From an uncultured Chloroflexia bacterium (lineage in GTDB: Bacteria > Chloroflexota > Chloroflexia > Thermomicrobiales > UBA6265), in the NCBI GenBank assembly GCA_963741795.1, contig CAVUJM010000043.1, positions 24,538 through 88,537 of the forward strand: a stretch of 64,000 nucleotides of DNA, written 5' to 3'. Every line of letters starts with the position of its first letter. The first letter of the stretch is position 1. Below are positions 39,843 to 51,945 of the stretch, piece after piece. Position numbers and translations under genes: made by a program. Below the pieces are notes generated by a model. That model worked only from the letters and a program-made list of their open reading frames with translations, was not told the origin of the DNA and ran no database searches.

Positions 39843-40169
39843 CTACCCGCTGCGGCTTTCGTCCGTCACGGGCGGTGTTTCACGTGAAACATCCTCGTCA
39901 GCGAGGGCAGGGGAGACATCCACCGCGCCAGAGGCCGTTGTGGAGCCCGCTTCCTCCTGCGCCTGCCTGGCCGCTCGTTCCGCACGGCGCGCGGCCGCTT
40001 CTTCCGGTGATAGCGCCGCCTTCCGCTTCACGCCAATCTGCGCGTCCGCGCGATTCTGGCGTTTGCGCTTGTTTGCCTGGTCGATGGTCCAGAGCGTGAC
40101 CACGATCGCCACGATCAGCGGCACCAGCACCACCACGACCACCAGCAGGAACCATTCGAAGTTCGTCAT
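39843..40169 (-). CDS. Small single-pass membrane protein, hypothetical
   Basis: The N-terminal TM helix FEWFLLVVVVVLVPLIVAIVVTLW is followed by a charged tail. It lies downstream of the E2 gene. Confidence 0.45.
   Translation of the reverse strand: MTNFEWFLLVVVVVLVPLIVAIVVTLWTIDQANKRKRQNRADAQIGVKRKAALSPEEAAARRAERAARQAQEEAGSTTASGAVDVSPALADEDVSRETPPVTDESRSG
39876..39891. other. parS centromere-like site 3 (perfect consensus palindrome)
   Basis: TGTTTCACGTGAAACA. It lies in the 3' part of the small ORF 39843..40169. Confidence 0.8.
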
Positions 40170-40301
40170 CGCGATCCTGACTGCTTCCCGCCCAGCCGAA
40201 CATTCTCCCGAATCAGGCTGGGTCTCCATACGAGAACGGCGCCGGCAGGACCCATGCCCCGCCAGCGCCGTCTCCAACGCATTCCGCGCCGCGCGTGACC
40301 G

Positions 40302-41600
40302 CTAGGCGATCGCCAGCAGCATCGGGTTCTCGAGGTACTTCTTCACGGACTGCAGGAACGTCGCGACCTCCGCGCCGTCCAGCGCCCGGTGATCCGCCGA
40401 GAGGGTGAGCTTCATGGTGTTGCCGACCACGATCTCGCCATCCTTGACGACCGGCACCTGCGCCACCGAGCCAACCGCCAGGATCGCCACCTGCGGCGGG
40501 TTGATCACGGCAATGAACTCATCCACGTCGAACATCCCGAGGTTCGAGATGGTGAACGTGCCGCCCTGGTACTCCTCCGGGGTCAGGCCGCCTTCCCGGG
40601 CGCGCTTCCCGAGGTCGCGCGCCATCGTCCCGATCGAGCCCAGGCTCTTCTGGTCAGCCGCCGGAATGAAGGGGGCGATGAGTCCACCGTCGATCGCGAT
40701 GGCGATGTTCACATCGATCGCGTCCTGCTGGTAGAGCTCACCGTTCACAAACGAGCGGTTCACGTTCGGATGGTCACGAAGCGCGAGGGCAGCGGCCTTT
40801 ACGATCATATCGTTGACCGATACCTTGCCGCCGGACGCCTCGAGCGCCGCGTTGACCTGCTTGCGGAACTCGAGCGCCGCCGTCATCTCCACGGTGGAGG
40901 TGACGTAATAGTGCGGGATCGTGCTCTTCGACTCGGACATCCGTTTGCCGGTGACCTGCTTGATCTTCGGCATCTTGACCAGCTCGCCCGACACCTCACC
41001 GGTTGGGGCGGCCTCGCCGGCACCAGCAGACGGCGCGGCCTGCGCCTGCGGCGCCTGCTTCTTGCCGGAGATGTAGTCCTGGATGTCGCGGTTCACGACC
41101 CGGCCATTCGGGCCGGAGCCTTCGATCTGCGAGAGGTCGAGACCGTGCTCCTCGGCCAGGCGCTTCACCAGCGGGGAGGCGCGGACGCGCTCGCCCGGCT
41201 CGCGGCTGGCAACCTGGCCATCCTGCTGCCAGGGGCCCGGCTTCTCCGCCGCTTCCGACTCGGCGGGCGTCACCGCTGCCTGGGTCGTCTCCTGGGCGGC
41301 CTCTTCGGCCTTCTCCTCAGGCGCGGCAGCCTTCTTCGACGGGGCCGGCGCCTTGCCAACCTCGTCCTGCGCGCCGATGGTCGCGACCGCCTCGCCGATC
41401 GGCACCGTGGCGCCTTCATCGACGAGGATGTTGGTCAGGAAGCCGCTCTCCTGCGCCTCCATCTCGAGCGTGACCTTGTCGGTCTCGATTTCCGCGAGGG
41501 CGTCGCCCTCGGAGATCTCGTCCCCGACGGCCTTCAGCCACTTCAGAAGAACGCCTTCCTCCATGGCATCGCCCATTTTCGGCATGATGACTTCTGCCAT
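40302..41600 (-). CDS. pdhC: 2-oxoacid dehydrogenase E2 (dihydrolipoamide acetyltransferase)
   Basis: Lipoyl domain (EIETDKVTLEMEA), E3-binding domain (ASPLVKRLAEEHGLDL), and catalytic domain (LSADHRALDGA). Confidence 0.9.
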   Translation of the reverse strand: MAEVIMPKMGDAMEEGVLLKWLKAVGDEISEGDALAEIETDKVTLEMEAQESGFLTNILVDEGATVPIGEAVATIGAQDEVGKAPAPSKKAAAPEEKAEEAAQETTQAAVTPAESEAAEKPGPWQQDGQVASREPGERVRASPLVKRLAEEHGLDLSQIEGSGPNGRVVNRDIQDYISGKKQAPQAQAAPSAGAGEAAPTGEVSGELVKMPKIKQVTGKRMSESKSTIPHYYVTSTVEMTAALEFRKQVNAALEASGGKVSVNDMIVKAAALALRDHPNVNRSFVNGELYQQDAIDVNIAIAIDGGLIAPFIPAADQKSLGSIGTMARDLGKRAREGGLTPEEYQGGTFTISNLGMFDVDEFIAVINPPQVAILAVGSVAQVPVVKDGEIVVGNTMKLTLSADHRALDGAEVATFLQSVKKYLENPMLLAIA

Positions 41601-41606
41601 GGGTGA

Positions 41607-42590
41607 TTACTTCTCCAGATACAGGACCCGGCGGGCGGCCTTCACGACATCGGCCTCGCTCGGGAATGCGGCAATCTCAAGGTTGCGGGCATACGGCGCC
41701 GGCACTTCCGCGCCGCTGACGCGCTCAACCGGGGCGTCGAGGTCGTCGAACGCCTCCAGTTGAAGCACCGCCATGACCTCGGAGGCGACGCTGAAGTAGC
41801 GCCACTGCTCCTGGACGACGACCGCGCGGTGCGTCTTCTTCACCGAGTCGACAATTGTCTGCTTGTCGAACGGGCGAATCGACCGGATATCGATCACCTC
41901 GGCGCCGATGTCCTGCTCGGCCAGCGTGTCGGCCACCTTCAGCAGCAGCGGAACCTGCCGGCCATAGGAGATCAGCGTCACGTCCTTGCCCTCGCGGGCA
42001 ACGCGCGCCTTGCCGAACTCGACCGTCTGGTCACCCTCGGCGACCTCACCCTTGGTGCCGTACAGCGCGCCGGCCTCCAGGAAGATCACCGGATCAGGAT
42101 CGCGGATCGCCTGCAGCATCATCCCCTTGACGTCCGCCGGCGTGGCGGGGGAGACGACCTTCAGGCCCGGAAAGTGGCCGTAGAAGCCTTCCAGCGAGTG
42201 GGTGTGCTGGGCGGAAAGCTGGACGCCACCGCCATTTGGGCCACGGATGACGAGCGGCACGTTTACCTGGCCGCCGGAGAAATACCGAAGCTTCGCGGCG
42301 TTCTGGATGATCTGGTCGGCGGCGAGGAACGAGAAGTTCCAGGTCATCATCTCGACGATCGGCTTCATGCCCGCCATCGCCATACCGATCGCCGCGCCGG
42401 TGAAACCACCCTCGGAGATCGGCGTATCGATCACGCGCTTGGGGCCGAACTGGTCGATCAGACCATTGGTGACGAGGTGGGTACCACCGTAGATGCCGAT
42501 ATCCTCGCCCATGAGCACGACGGTCTCGTCGCGCTCCATTTCTTCTGCCATCGCGCTGCGGAGAGCGTCGCGATAGGTCATGACTGCCAT
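41607..42590 (-). CDS. pdhB: 2-oxoacid dehydrogenase E1 beta subunit
   Basis: Transketolase-like Pyr and C-terminal domains (VVLMGEDIG..GG....T.GL...FG..RVIDTPISE). Confidence 0.9.
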   Translation of the reverse strand: MAVMTYRDALRSAMAEEMERDETVVLMGEDIGIYGGTHLVTNGLIDQFGPKRVIDTPISEGGFTGAAIGMAMAGMKPIVEMMTWNFSFLAADQIIQNAAKLRYFSGGQVNVPLVIRGPNGGGVQLSAQHTHSLEGFYGHFPGLKVVSPATPADVKGMMLQAIRDPDPVIFLEAGALYGTKGEVAEGDQTVEFGKARVAREGKDVTLISYGRQVPLLLKVADTLAEQDIGAEVIDIRSIRPFDKQTIVDSVKKTHRAVVVQEQWRYFSVASEVMAVLQLEAFDDLDAPVERVSGAEVPAPYARNLEIAAFPSEADVVKAARRVLYLEK

Positions 42591-42658
42591 GAGCCGAAAC
42601 CCTTTCTCAACTACCGGGGCCGACGGAGAGGATCCGCGGCTGCGGTTGCCCGGATGGC

Positions 42659-43750
42659 TTAACCGGCAACCTCGACCGGGATGCCTTCTGCGTAGACGTC
42701 GGTCGTCAGCTCGGAGAGGTCCGGCTCCGGGCTCTCCACGGCGAACTTCACCGCCTCATCAGCCTTCGCCTTGGCTTCACTGCGGATCTCTTCCAGGCGC
42801 GATTCGTCAACGCCCATGTCCAGCAGCTTCGCGGCGAGGGTCGTGATCGGGTCCTTCTCCCGCCACTTGGAGATCTCTTCCTTGGTGCGGTACTTCTCGA
42901 GGAAGTCGGCCGCGCCGTGCGGAACGAGGCGATACGAGAAGGCCTCGATGCCGTAGGGCTTACCGGTCTCGCGCACGTACTCCGAGGCGCGCTCGGCGAC
43001 CTTCGCCACCGCCTCGATGTCCATGCCGTCGACCTTCTCCCACTCGATGCCGTAGGCATCGAAGCGCTTGCCGAGGTCTGTCATGGCGGCCGCGCGCTCG
43101 ACGCTGGTCCCCATGCCGTACTGGTTGTTCTCGAGAATCATCAGCACCGGCGCGAGGCCCTGGTGGCCCCAGAGCCCGGCGAGGTTCGCCGACTCGTGGA
43201 AGGTGCCGTTGTTCATGGCGCCGTCACCGAAGTAGAGCTGGACGATGCCCGGCTCGCCGCGGTAGCGCAGCCCGTAGGCCATGCCGACACCCAGCGGGAT
43301 GTGCCCGCCGACGATGCCGTAGCCGCCGTACATGCCCCCTTCAACATTGAAGAGGTGCATCGAGCCGCCCTTGCCCTTGATGAGCCCGGTGCCCTTGCCA
43401 TAGAGCTCCGCCATCACGGCCTTCGGGTCGGCACCCTGGAGGATCGCATGCGCGTGGTCACGGTAGGCCGTGATCGTGCGGTCACCTTCCTTCATCGCGT
43501 TGATGAAGCCGAGGGCGACGGCCTCCTGGCCGCTGTACACGTGGAGGTAGCCACCGATCTTGCCCTGCCGGAAGCCGCGGCTTGCAGCGTCCTCGAACAG
43601 GCGGATCTCCACCATCTTCTGGTAGAAGCCGACGAGGGCTTCTGTATCAAACTGCACCTGCGCCTGTCCTTCCCGAACATGCTCGGCAGGAGTGTTGGTC
43701 GGCTCCGCTGCCGTCTCCTGTCGATTCCCATCATCCTTGGCGGTTCGCAT
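42659..43750 (-). CDS. pdhA: 2-oxoacid dehydrogenase E1 alpha subunit (TPP-dependent)
   Basis: TPP motif YFGDGAMNNGTFHESANLA and an IGGYLHVYSGQEA region. I chose the ATG at 43750. Confidence 0.9.
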   Translation of the reverse strand: MRTAKDDGNRQETAAEPTNTPAEHVREGQAQVQFDTEALVGFYQKMVEIRLFEDAASRGFRQGKIGGYLHVYSGQEAVALGFINAMKEGDRTITAYRDHAHAILQGADPKAVMAELYGKGTGLIKGKGGSMHLFNVEGGMYGGYGIVGGHIPLGVGMAYGLRYRGEPGIVQLYFGDGAMNNGTFHESANLAGLWGHQGLAPVLMILENNQYGMGTSVERAAAMTDLGKRFDAYGIEWEKVDGMDIEAVAKVAERASEYVRETGKPYGIEAFSYRLVPHGAADFLEKYRTKEEISKWREKDPITTLAAKLLDMGVDESRLEEIRSEAKAKADEAVKFAVESPEPDLSELTTDVYAEGIPVEVAG

Positions 43751-44118
43751 ATCGCAGCACCTGTCACTGGCCCGGAACAGCATGCGTTGCACAACGTTCG
43801 GGCGTCGTATGGCCCCGGCAGCCCGGAGCGCATCACGCCCGCTGTCATCGCATGCCGCGCGCCGGCGGCCAAAGGACAGCAGGAGCGCCGGGAACCCGCG
43901 GGTCTCCGGCTGTGATGGCCCCCTCTTGTCGGTACGGGACCTGGTCCTGGGTAAGGCGCCGAGGTAGCGCCCACCGCGCCCCCCGTAGCTTTCCTTGATT
44001 ATAGTCCAGACTCCGCGTGCGCTCGCGGACGCAACCTGACGAAACCCGTTGCCTCACACACCAGCGATCCCCGACTCGACAGGCGAATCGGGGATCGGCA
44101 CGTGGCGTATGGGGGCGG

Positions 44119-44571
44119 CTACTGGCCGGATTGTCCCGGCTCGGCGGGCTGCTCGGCGTCGGCCTGGGCCGCAAGCGCGGCAAGTTGCTCGTTTAGTCGG
44201 GTGCCGGACACAGCCAGCGCGTATCCGGCGAGCGGCCGGAGCGGCTTGCGGAGCAACGGGTTCGCCTTGCGGCGCTCCTCATAGGCTGGAGGGGCCTGCA
44301 CGAACCGCTCCGGATCGAGCGGATCCAGCCCTTCCTTCTCATAGACATGCATGATCCGCTGCGACGAGCCGTACTCGGTGAACGGGCGGCGCGGCCCCTC
44401 GACCGGGATCGGCACGGGCAGTTCGCCATGCTCCGGCACGGTCGAGCGGTCAGGAACCTGACCGGGCTCCTGCGGCGAATCGACCGCGCCCGGGGCCTCC
44501 GGGGCGTAGAAGCGGCCCGGCGTCGCGGCGGCCGAGCCGGGGTGTGCGAATTTGCGGGTGACAAAGGCCAT
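44119..44571 (-). CDS. Hypothetical protein (150 aa, Pro-rich N-terminal half)
   Basis: The ORF has high GC3 and no motif I recognise. Confidence 0.4.
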   Translation of the reverse strand: MAFVTRKFAHPGSAAATPGRFYAPEAPGAVDSPQEPGQVPDRSTVPEHGELPVPIPVEGPRRPFTEYGSSQRIMHVYEKEGLDPLDPERFVQAPPAYEERRKANPLLRKPLRPLAGYALAVSGTRLNEQLAALAAQADAEQPAEPGQSGQ

Positions 44572-44719
44572 GGTCGATTCGTCTCCTCAACGCGCGGGCG
44601 GTCCATCATCCCGCCTGATCGCGGGCATCGCACGGCGCGTACCGGGCAAAAGAGCACGTCGGTGCATTTGGGCCAATAGTAGCAGTTCGCCGCGACGACA
44701 GCGGCGGGGCGGGGGATGG

Positions 44720-45184
44720 CTATCCCTCCGGCCGCACCGGGCTGAAGTCGATCACCGGGTCGCTGCACGACGGCTCGCCACGCCCGGAGAGCTCCATCGC
44801 GACCGTCCGGCTCTCGTTGGCCTCCATCGGGCGCACGGTGCTGATCGCCGAGACGTACCCGTTGTCGGTGCACTGCACCATCACCTGGAACTCGTCGACG
44901 GGGAGATCGCTCGTGTTCAGGATCGCCACCTCGACCTCGACGAGCGTCACCTCGCCATCGGCCGTGCGCCCGCGCATGGTGAACCCGGACGCCTCCAGCG
45001 CATCCCGCGGGGCGGCGAATTCCGCGTCGTCATTCCCGGAGAAGCCCGGGAGCCCGATGCCGAAGGCCAGCGCCCCGAACACCAGCGCAGCGCCCAGCAG
45101 GATCACGGACAGGAACGCCAGCGGGATGACCGCTCCGGGGATGCCGCGGCCTTGCGACTCGGTTTTTGGGGGTTCGATACTCAC
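44720..45184 (-). CDS. Membrane-anchored hypothetical protein
   Basis: GTG start with an AGGAAGG RBS. The TM helix AVIPLAFLSVILLGAALVFGALAF is followed by a beta-rich ectodomain. Confidence 0.45.
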   Translation of the reverse strand: MSIEPPKTESQGRGIPGAVIPLAFLSVILLGAALVFGALAFGIGLPGFSGNDDAEFAAPRDALEASGFTMRGRTADGEVTLVEVEVAILNTSDLPVDEFQVMVQCTDNGYVSAISTVRPMEANESRTVAMELSGRGEPSCSDPVIDFSPVRPEG

Positions 45185-45320
45185 GACGGTGCCTTCCTTT
45201 TCTCGGAAGGCACTATACGACCGTCCGGGGAGACCGCTCAACGCCGCAGCGGCTCGCGCGACGGACTGAGAGGCGGAGTGCGGTCCACCACCCGTCACGA
45301 TCTCTCTGTATAGTGGACAA

Positions 45321-45354
45321 AGGACGACCCGGTGCGGTAACACCGGGTCGTCCT
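45321..45354 (-). terminator. Strong hairpin (14-bp perfect stem), likely a terminator after the KGG stress-protein gene
   Basis: AGGACGACCCGGTG-CGGTAA-CACCGGGTCGTCCT. The minus strand continues TTTGTCC. Confidence 0.55.
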
Positions 45355-45490
45355 TGCAGCCGTCGATTGCGATGAGTTCCGTCAGCCTATCCGAATCGTG
45401 CTCTGACGGCCGGTGGTGTCGACTGATCGACGATTCGGATGGCGTGCATCGCGTCGGCGGCTGCTCATTCTCTTGCGTCGCCGGAAGAGG

Positions 45491-45763
45491 CTAGCGGCTC
45501 TGGCCACCCTTCCGTCCAATCTCTGCCATGTGCTCACGGTCCTGGCTGACCGCTTCGCCGCCCTTCTCGCCAATGTCCGACATGTGCCCGCGGTCCTGGC
45601 TGACGGTCTCGCCGCCCTTCTTGCCGGCCTGACGGGCCTCGTCGGAGTCGAATTCGTGCGCGTGGCCCGACTCGTGGGCGGCATGTCCACCCTTGCTGGC
45701 GATGTCGCGTTGCTTGTCGTCGTCCATCGAGGCAAAACCGCGATTGTCGTTGTTGTTGGCCAT
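45491..45763 (-). CDS. KGG-repeat general stress protein (YciG-like)
   Basis: Repeated KGG-containing units: SKGGHAAHESG, GKKGGETVSQDRGHM, GEKGGEAVSQDREHM, GRKGGQS. Confidence 0.8.
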   Translation of the reverse strand: MANNNDNRGFASMDDDKQRDIASKGGHAAHESGHAHEFDSDEARQAGKKGGETVSQDRGHMSDIGEKGGEAVSQDREHMAEIGRKGGQSR

Positions 45764-46241
45764 GTCAGTTCCTTTCCTTTACGACGTTGGTACGCCACCG
45801 GGGTGACGCGCGTATCCACCAGCCGTTGGGTCGGAGCCCGCAGAAGGCATGCCACAATTCGTTTCCCGAATTGTCACGATTGTCTTCTGTCAACTTTTCG
45901 TGGGGGCGATTTGCGAAACGAATCGCGGTAAAAATGCCGGAATACTTCTCAACGGAAGGTAGCGGCCGGACTCGGCAGTTTCCGTCCGGTTTGCCCGGAC
46001 TGCGGCCCCTCCGGGCGTGTTGTGCGCCTCCTGTATGATGAGGAAAAGTCCTGGCCCGCTTGACGTTCGCACCCGGACACCTCACGTATGACGCAGCGAG
46101 ACATGCGCGCCTTCTGCAAGGCGCATAACCGTACCCACGGCCCGGAGTCCCCACTGTCCTGCTAAACCGGCACATAGGGCAGTGGATGGACGGGTGCCAC
46201 ACCCGCCTCATCCCATCGCCATGATGGGAGATTCTCTCGGC

Positions 46242-47454
46242 ATGTCTCGACGCATCCGCCGCTCCAGCGGTAACTGGAGCCATATCTACCGCTTCATCGC
46301 CTACCATCTCTTCTCGTCCGTTGGCTTCAGCAGCGCGATCTGGATCCTCTATCTCCAGCATCGCGGCTATTCCCTGACCCAGATCGGCATCGGCGAGGCG
46401 GCGTTTCATCTCGCCCCGGTGCTGCTGGAGGTGCCAAGTGGCTCGTTTGCCGACCTCATCGGCCGCCGCTGGTCGCTCGTCGTCAGCTCCGCGCTCGTCG
46501 CATTCAGCTCGGCGCTCTTCATCGGCGCGACGAGCTTCCCGATCGTGCTCGTGGCGATGTTCCTCAGCGGCGCCAGCATGAGCTTCCGCTCGGGGGCGGA
46601 CCAGGCGTTCCTCTTCGACGCCCTGACGGAGGACCAGCAATCCCGCTACGGGCGCGTCTTCGGGCGGCTGCTCTCTGCCGGGTACGTGCTCTCCGGGATC
46701 ACGATGTGGATCGGCGCCTGGGCCTCCGGCATCGACTACGCGATCCCGTACGCGCTGGCGATGGGCTTCGCCGTGATCTCGATCGTCCTCGCGCTCGGGC
46801 CTGAAGGAGCCGCCGCGAGCCCGCGCGCACCATGGCGTACACGGGATCACAGATCACCTACGGGATGTCCGTAGCCTGTTGCGCCAGCGACCGCTGATCG
46901 TCCTCATGATGGTCACCGCGGCGCTCTACTGGGTGGGGGTGACGATCGCTGAACTCTACGTGCAGGCGCTCTTCGCCGACCGCGGCCTCTCCAACGCGCA
47001 GATCGGCGCGTTCCTCGGCGTCATGTTCCTCGCTGTTGCGGCGGGGACGTCCGTCGGCGGGCAGCTCACCGGCAAGCTCGCCTGGCATTGGCCGGTGCTC
47101 ACGGCGCTCACCGGGATCGGCGTCATCACCCTCGGTGTGGCGAACGCGATGGTGCTCGTGATCGGCGCGTACATCATTGCCGAGTTCGTCAGCGGCGTCG
47201 CGGAGACGCGGATGTCCGCCTGGTACAACGAGCAGCTCGGCTCTGGCCAGCGCGCGACCGTGCTTTCGATCGACTCGTGGCTCTTCTCCGTGTTGATGAT
47301 CGGACTCTTCCCGCTCGCCGGGTGGTTTGCCGAGCGCGCCGGGTGGACGGCGATGTACGTCGTGGTCGGCGGCCTGATGATCCTCACCGGCGCCACCGCG
47401 CTCGCCCTCCGGCGTCACGAGTCCCCGGTCGTCGTCCCCGCCGTGGCGGATTGA
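46242..47454 (+). pseudogene. MFS transporter, frameshifted as assembled
   Basis: Six TM helices are in ORF 46182..46874 and six in ORF 46879..47454. The loop LKEPPRARAHH...LLRQRPL is readable in the second frame. The frames join at GGG 46797-46799. Confidence 0.75.
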
Positions 47455-47595
47455 CCGAGCGCTGCCCGGGTAATCCGCGACGACCACTCGTAGGGGCATG
47501 TTCTTTTGTCTGTCCGATCGATGTGATGGGCACTCGAAAGTGCCCTTCCGTCGTATGTCCGCCCCTACACGGCGCTGGTAGATGTCTGCCCGATC

Positions 47596-48384
47596 CTACG
47601 CCGAGGCGCCGGTGTAGTGCCGCAGCGCGTACCGCCAGAACGCCCGCGCCCCGGTAAAGAACGCGACGGCCAGGCCCACCGTCAGCAGCGCGGTCGTCGC
47701 GTCCAGCCGCCCGGTCAGGCTCTCGGCGGGGATCGTGACCGCGAACGCGACCGGCACGAAGAACGTCAGCGTCGTCCGCAGCCACCCGGGGTAGATGGTG
47801 ATCGGCCACGATCCCGCGTTGCCGAACATCGTCTGGAAGATGACCAGCACGTTGTCCAGTCGCACGAACCAGAAGGCGAGGGTGGAGAGGATCAGCATAA
47901 AGCTGTAGATGATTACGGTCCCGGCCAGCAACATGGTGACGAAGAGCAGCACCGATCCCACCGTAAGCTCCGTTCCGAGTCGCGCCATGCCGAAGAGCAC
48001 CACGGCCAGCCCGAACAACATGTCCGTGGTGCTCTGGGGGGCAACTTTCTGCACGCTCGTGAACAGCTGCGCATCCACCGGCTTCGTCAGCACGAAGTCG
48101 AATGTTCCGAGACGGATGCCCTCCATCAACGCCTGCATCGAGGGCCGGATGACCAGGCCAAGCAGTCCCCCGACGAACATATGGATGCCGATCAGCACGA
48201 TCAGGTCGTTCGCGGTCCAGCCCCGCAAATCCGTGGTCTGGCCGAAGATGACCTGCAGGCCCAGCAGCTGCGTCCCGAGCGTGATCAGCACGTTCAGCAG
48301 CGACACGAAGAAGTCGGACCGGTACTGCATGATGTTCAGCAGCCCCAGCCGGAAGAAGGTCCGGGCGACGGTCAACGGATGCAT
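47596..48384 (-). CDS. ABC-2 family transporter permease (second permease)
   Basis: 262 aa and polytopic. MQYRSDFF and FWFVRLDN fit ABC-2/DUF990-type permeases. A GGGAGG RBS precedes ATG 48384. Confidence 0.7.
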   Translation of the reverse strand: MHPLTVARTFFRLGLLNIMQYRSDFFVSLLNVLITLGTQLLGLQVIFGQTTDLRGWTANDLIVLIGIHMFVGGLLGLVIRPSMQALMEGIRLGTFDFVLTKPVDAQLFTSVQKVAPQSTTDMLFGLAVVLFGMARLGTELTVGSVLLFVTMLLAGTVIIYSFMLILSTLAFWFVRLDNVLVIFQTMFGNAGSWPITIYPGWLRTTLTFFVPVAFAVTIPAESLTGRLDATTALLTVGLAVAFFTGARAFWRYALRHYTGASA

Positions 48385-48506
48385 GGGCGGCCTCCCGGGT
48401 TCGTTCGGTTGTAGGGCCGAGGACCTTGTGTCGGCTCCCGTTCTGGCCGGCGCCGTGCCGGGAGTCGCCCACAAGGTCCTCGCCCGTACGGATGACCAAC
48501 CCATGC

Positions 48507-49341
48507 TCACGCCCCCACCGCGCTGTACTTGCTTGTCGCGCGTCGCCAAACCAGCGACAGCACGGTGATCGCGAAGGCGATCCAGCCCAGTTGCGCCGCG
48601 TACCCGACGAGGATCTCACTGCCGTCCCGTCGTCCCAGCGCCACCTCGACCGGGAAGGAGATGCTCCACGGAAAGGGGGAGAGCAGCGCCAAGGTCCGGA
48701 TCCAATCTGGCATCACGTCCAGCGGCGCGAACTGCCCGCCGAGGAACAGGAACATCACGTCGAAGAGGTTGTTGATCGCCGACACCTTCGTCAGCCAGAA
48801 CGCCGCCAGGGCCAGCGTCCACTCGACGACGAAGCGCAGTACCATCGCCAGCAGCAGTGCCGGCACGAACGCGAGCAGGTCCAGTGGCGATGTCCCGCCG
48901 AAATCCGCGTGGAACACCACACCGAGCAGGATTGCCGCCGGGATAATGCCCACCAGGCCGAGCAGCTTGAAGCTGAGGTTCTCGCTGACATCGTTGTGGA
49001 TCGGATGGATCGGTCGCAGGAGGAGGGGAGAGAACGCGCCCGTGCGGATGCGCCACTCGAACTCCCACATGTGCCAGATGAACGTCAGGTTGCTGACCAG
49101 CAGCACCATGATGAAGTAGGCGGTGTACTGGTCTGCCGTCAGTCCGCCGGCGCTGATCCTCTCCCGCGACCGTCCGCCAGACGACCATCGAGACCAGCGG
49201 CTGCATGATCGACGAAAATGTCCAGATCGCCGTCGCCCCGCGATAGGCGATGTTCAGGGAGATATCGATCGCGAGCTGGCTGCGGTAGTACTCGACCAGT
49301 CGCCGCACGGTGCTCCTTTGGTCCACCGGGGATGCGCTCAT
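48507..49341 (-). pseudogene. ABC-2 family transporter permease (first permease), frameshifted as assembled
   Basis: The N-terminus is in ORF 48616..49341 (to VWRTVAG). It continues as ISAGGLTADQYTAYFIMVLLVSN in ORF 48507..49109. The candidate site is CCC 49163-49165. Confidence 0.7.
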
Positions 49342-50370
49342 GTGGCTACGGTCTCACCAGAACGCTCCGGCCCGCTCTCGAACACCTTCTCGATAACTTC
49401 CTCGAAGGGCGGCTCCTCGATGTTCAGGTCAGCGACCGGCAGCTCGGCCAGCAACCGGCTCGCGACCCGCGCCGTCTCCGCCTTGGGCACGCTGATCGTC
49501 AGCCCCGCGGCCGACTGCGCCACGATCTCCGCGCCGTCCGGCAGCATCCCGTCCAACCGGTTCCCCGGCACGGCCGCGTCCTCCTCGAACTCGACGACGA
49601 TCGTCTTCTGCGGGGCGAATCGCCGCACCAACCCTGTCAGGTCGCCATCGTAGAGCAGCGTGCCATGGTGGATCACGATCACCCGCTTGCAGAGCGCCTC
49701 GACGTCCGCCATGTAGTGGCTCGTCAGCATCACCGACGCGCCCGTGCGCTCGTTGTACCCGGCGACGAACGAGCGGATCTTGCGCTGCATCGCCACATCA
49801 AGCCCGATCGTCGGCTCGTCGAGATACAGGATCTTCGGATAGTGCAGCAGGCTCCCGGCGATCTCGCACTTCATCCGCTCGCCGAGCGAGAGGTTTCTCA
49901 CGGGTTTGTTGACGAGGTCGCCCAACTCCAGCCACTCGACCAGCTCTTCGAGACGAGCGCCTGTAGTCGGCATCGCTGATGCCGAAAATCGCCTTGTTCA
50001 GCTGATACGAGTCGATGACCGGGATGTCCCACTGCAGCTGGTTGCGCTGCCCCATGATCAGGGCCATCTGCCGCAGGTAGTCGCGGTCGCGCTCCCATGG
50101 CGTGAACCCGAGCACGTCGACCGTGCCCGAGGTGGGGTGGAGGAGGCCGGAGAGCATCTTCAGCGTCGTCGTCTTGCCCGCGCCGTTCGGCCCGAGGAAC
50201 CCGACGATCTCGCCCGGCGCGATATCGAAGGAGATGTCGCGCACGGCCTGCACCTCGCGCGTTTTGCGGTGGAAGAGGGAGGTGATCGCCGCCTTCAGCC
50301 CGCCCTCGCGCTCCGGCACGATATAGGTCTTGGTCAGGTCGCGCACGGTGATCGCGGGTCGGTCGGGCAT
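49338..50370 (-). pseudogene. ABC transporter ATP-binding protein, frameshifted as assembled
   Basis: Walker A GPNGAGKTTT is in ORF 49798..50370. The signature LSLGERMK and Walker B ILYLDEPTIGLD are in ORF 49338..49973. The break is near 49955-49961. Confidence 0.85.
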
Positions 50371-50532
50371 GCGGAGCTCTCGTGATGATGGTGAGGGGCC
50401 GATGGTCTGCCGCCATGTTACAGCACCCGCAGGATGGCGCCGTACGATGAGGTCATGCCGGTTCCAACGCCTTCACGCATCAATCTGTAGCGGAGGACTT
50501 TCGACCACCGACCGCCCTATCAGTCAGTGCGT

Positions 50533-51898
<1,366 letters not shown>

Positions 51899-51945
51899 CT
51901 CTCCTGGTCCTGGTCGTCATACCAGAGACCCTGCTGTCGATAGAA

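Noticed and set aside
45765-46850. 361-aa minus-strand ORF
   Set aside because: It is antisense to the MFS transporter gene, Arg/Asp/Glu/His-rich, and has no motifs. I judge it a shadow ORF.
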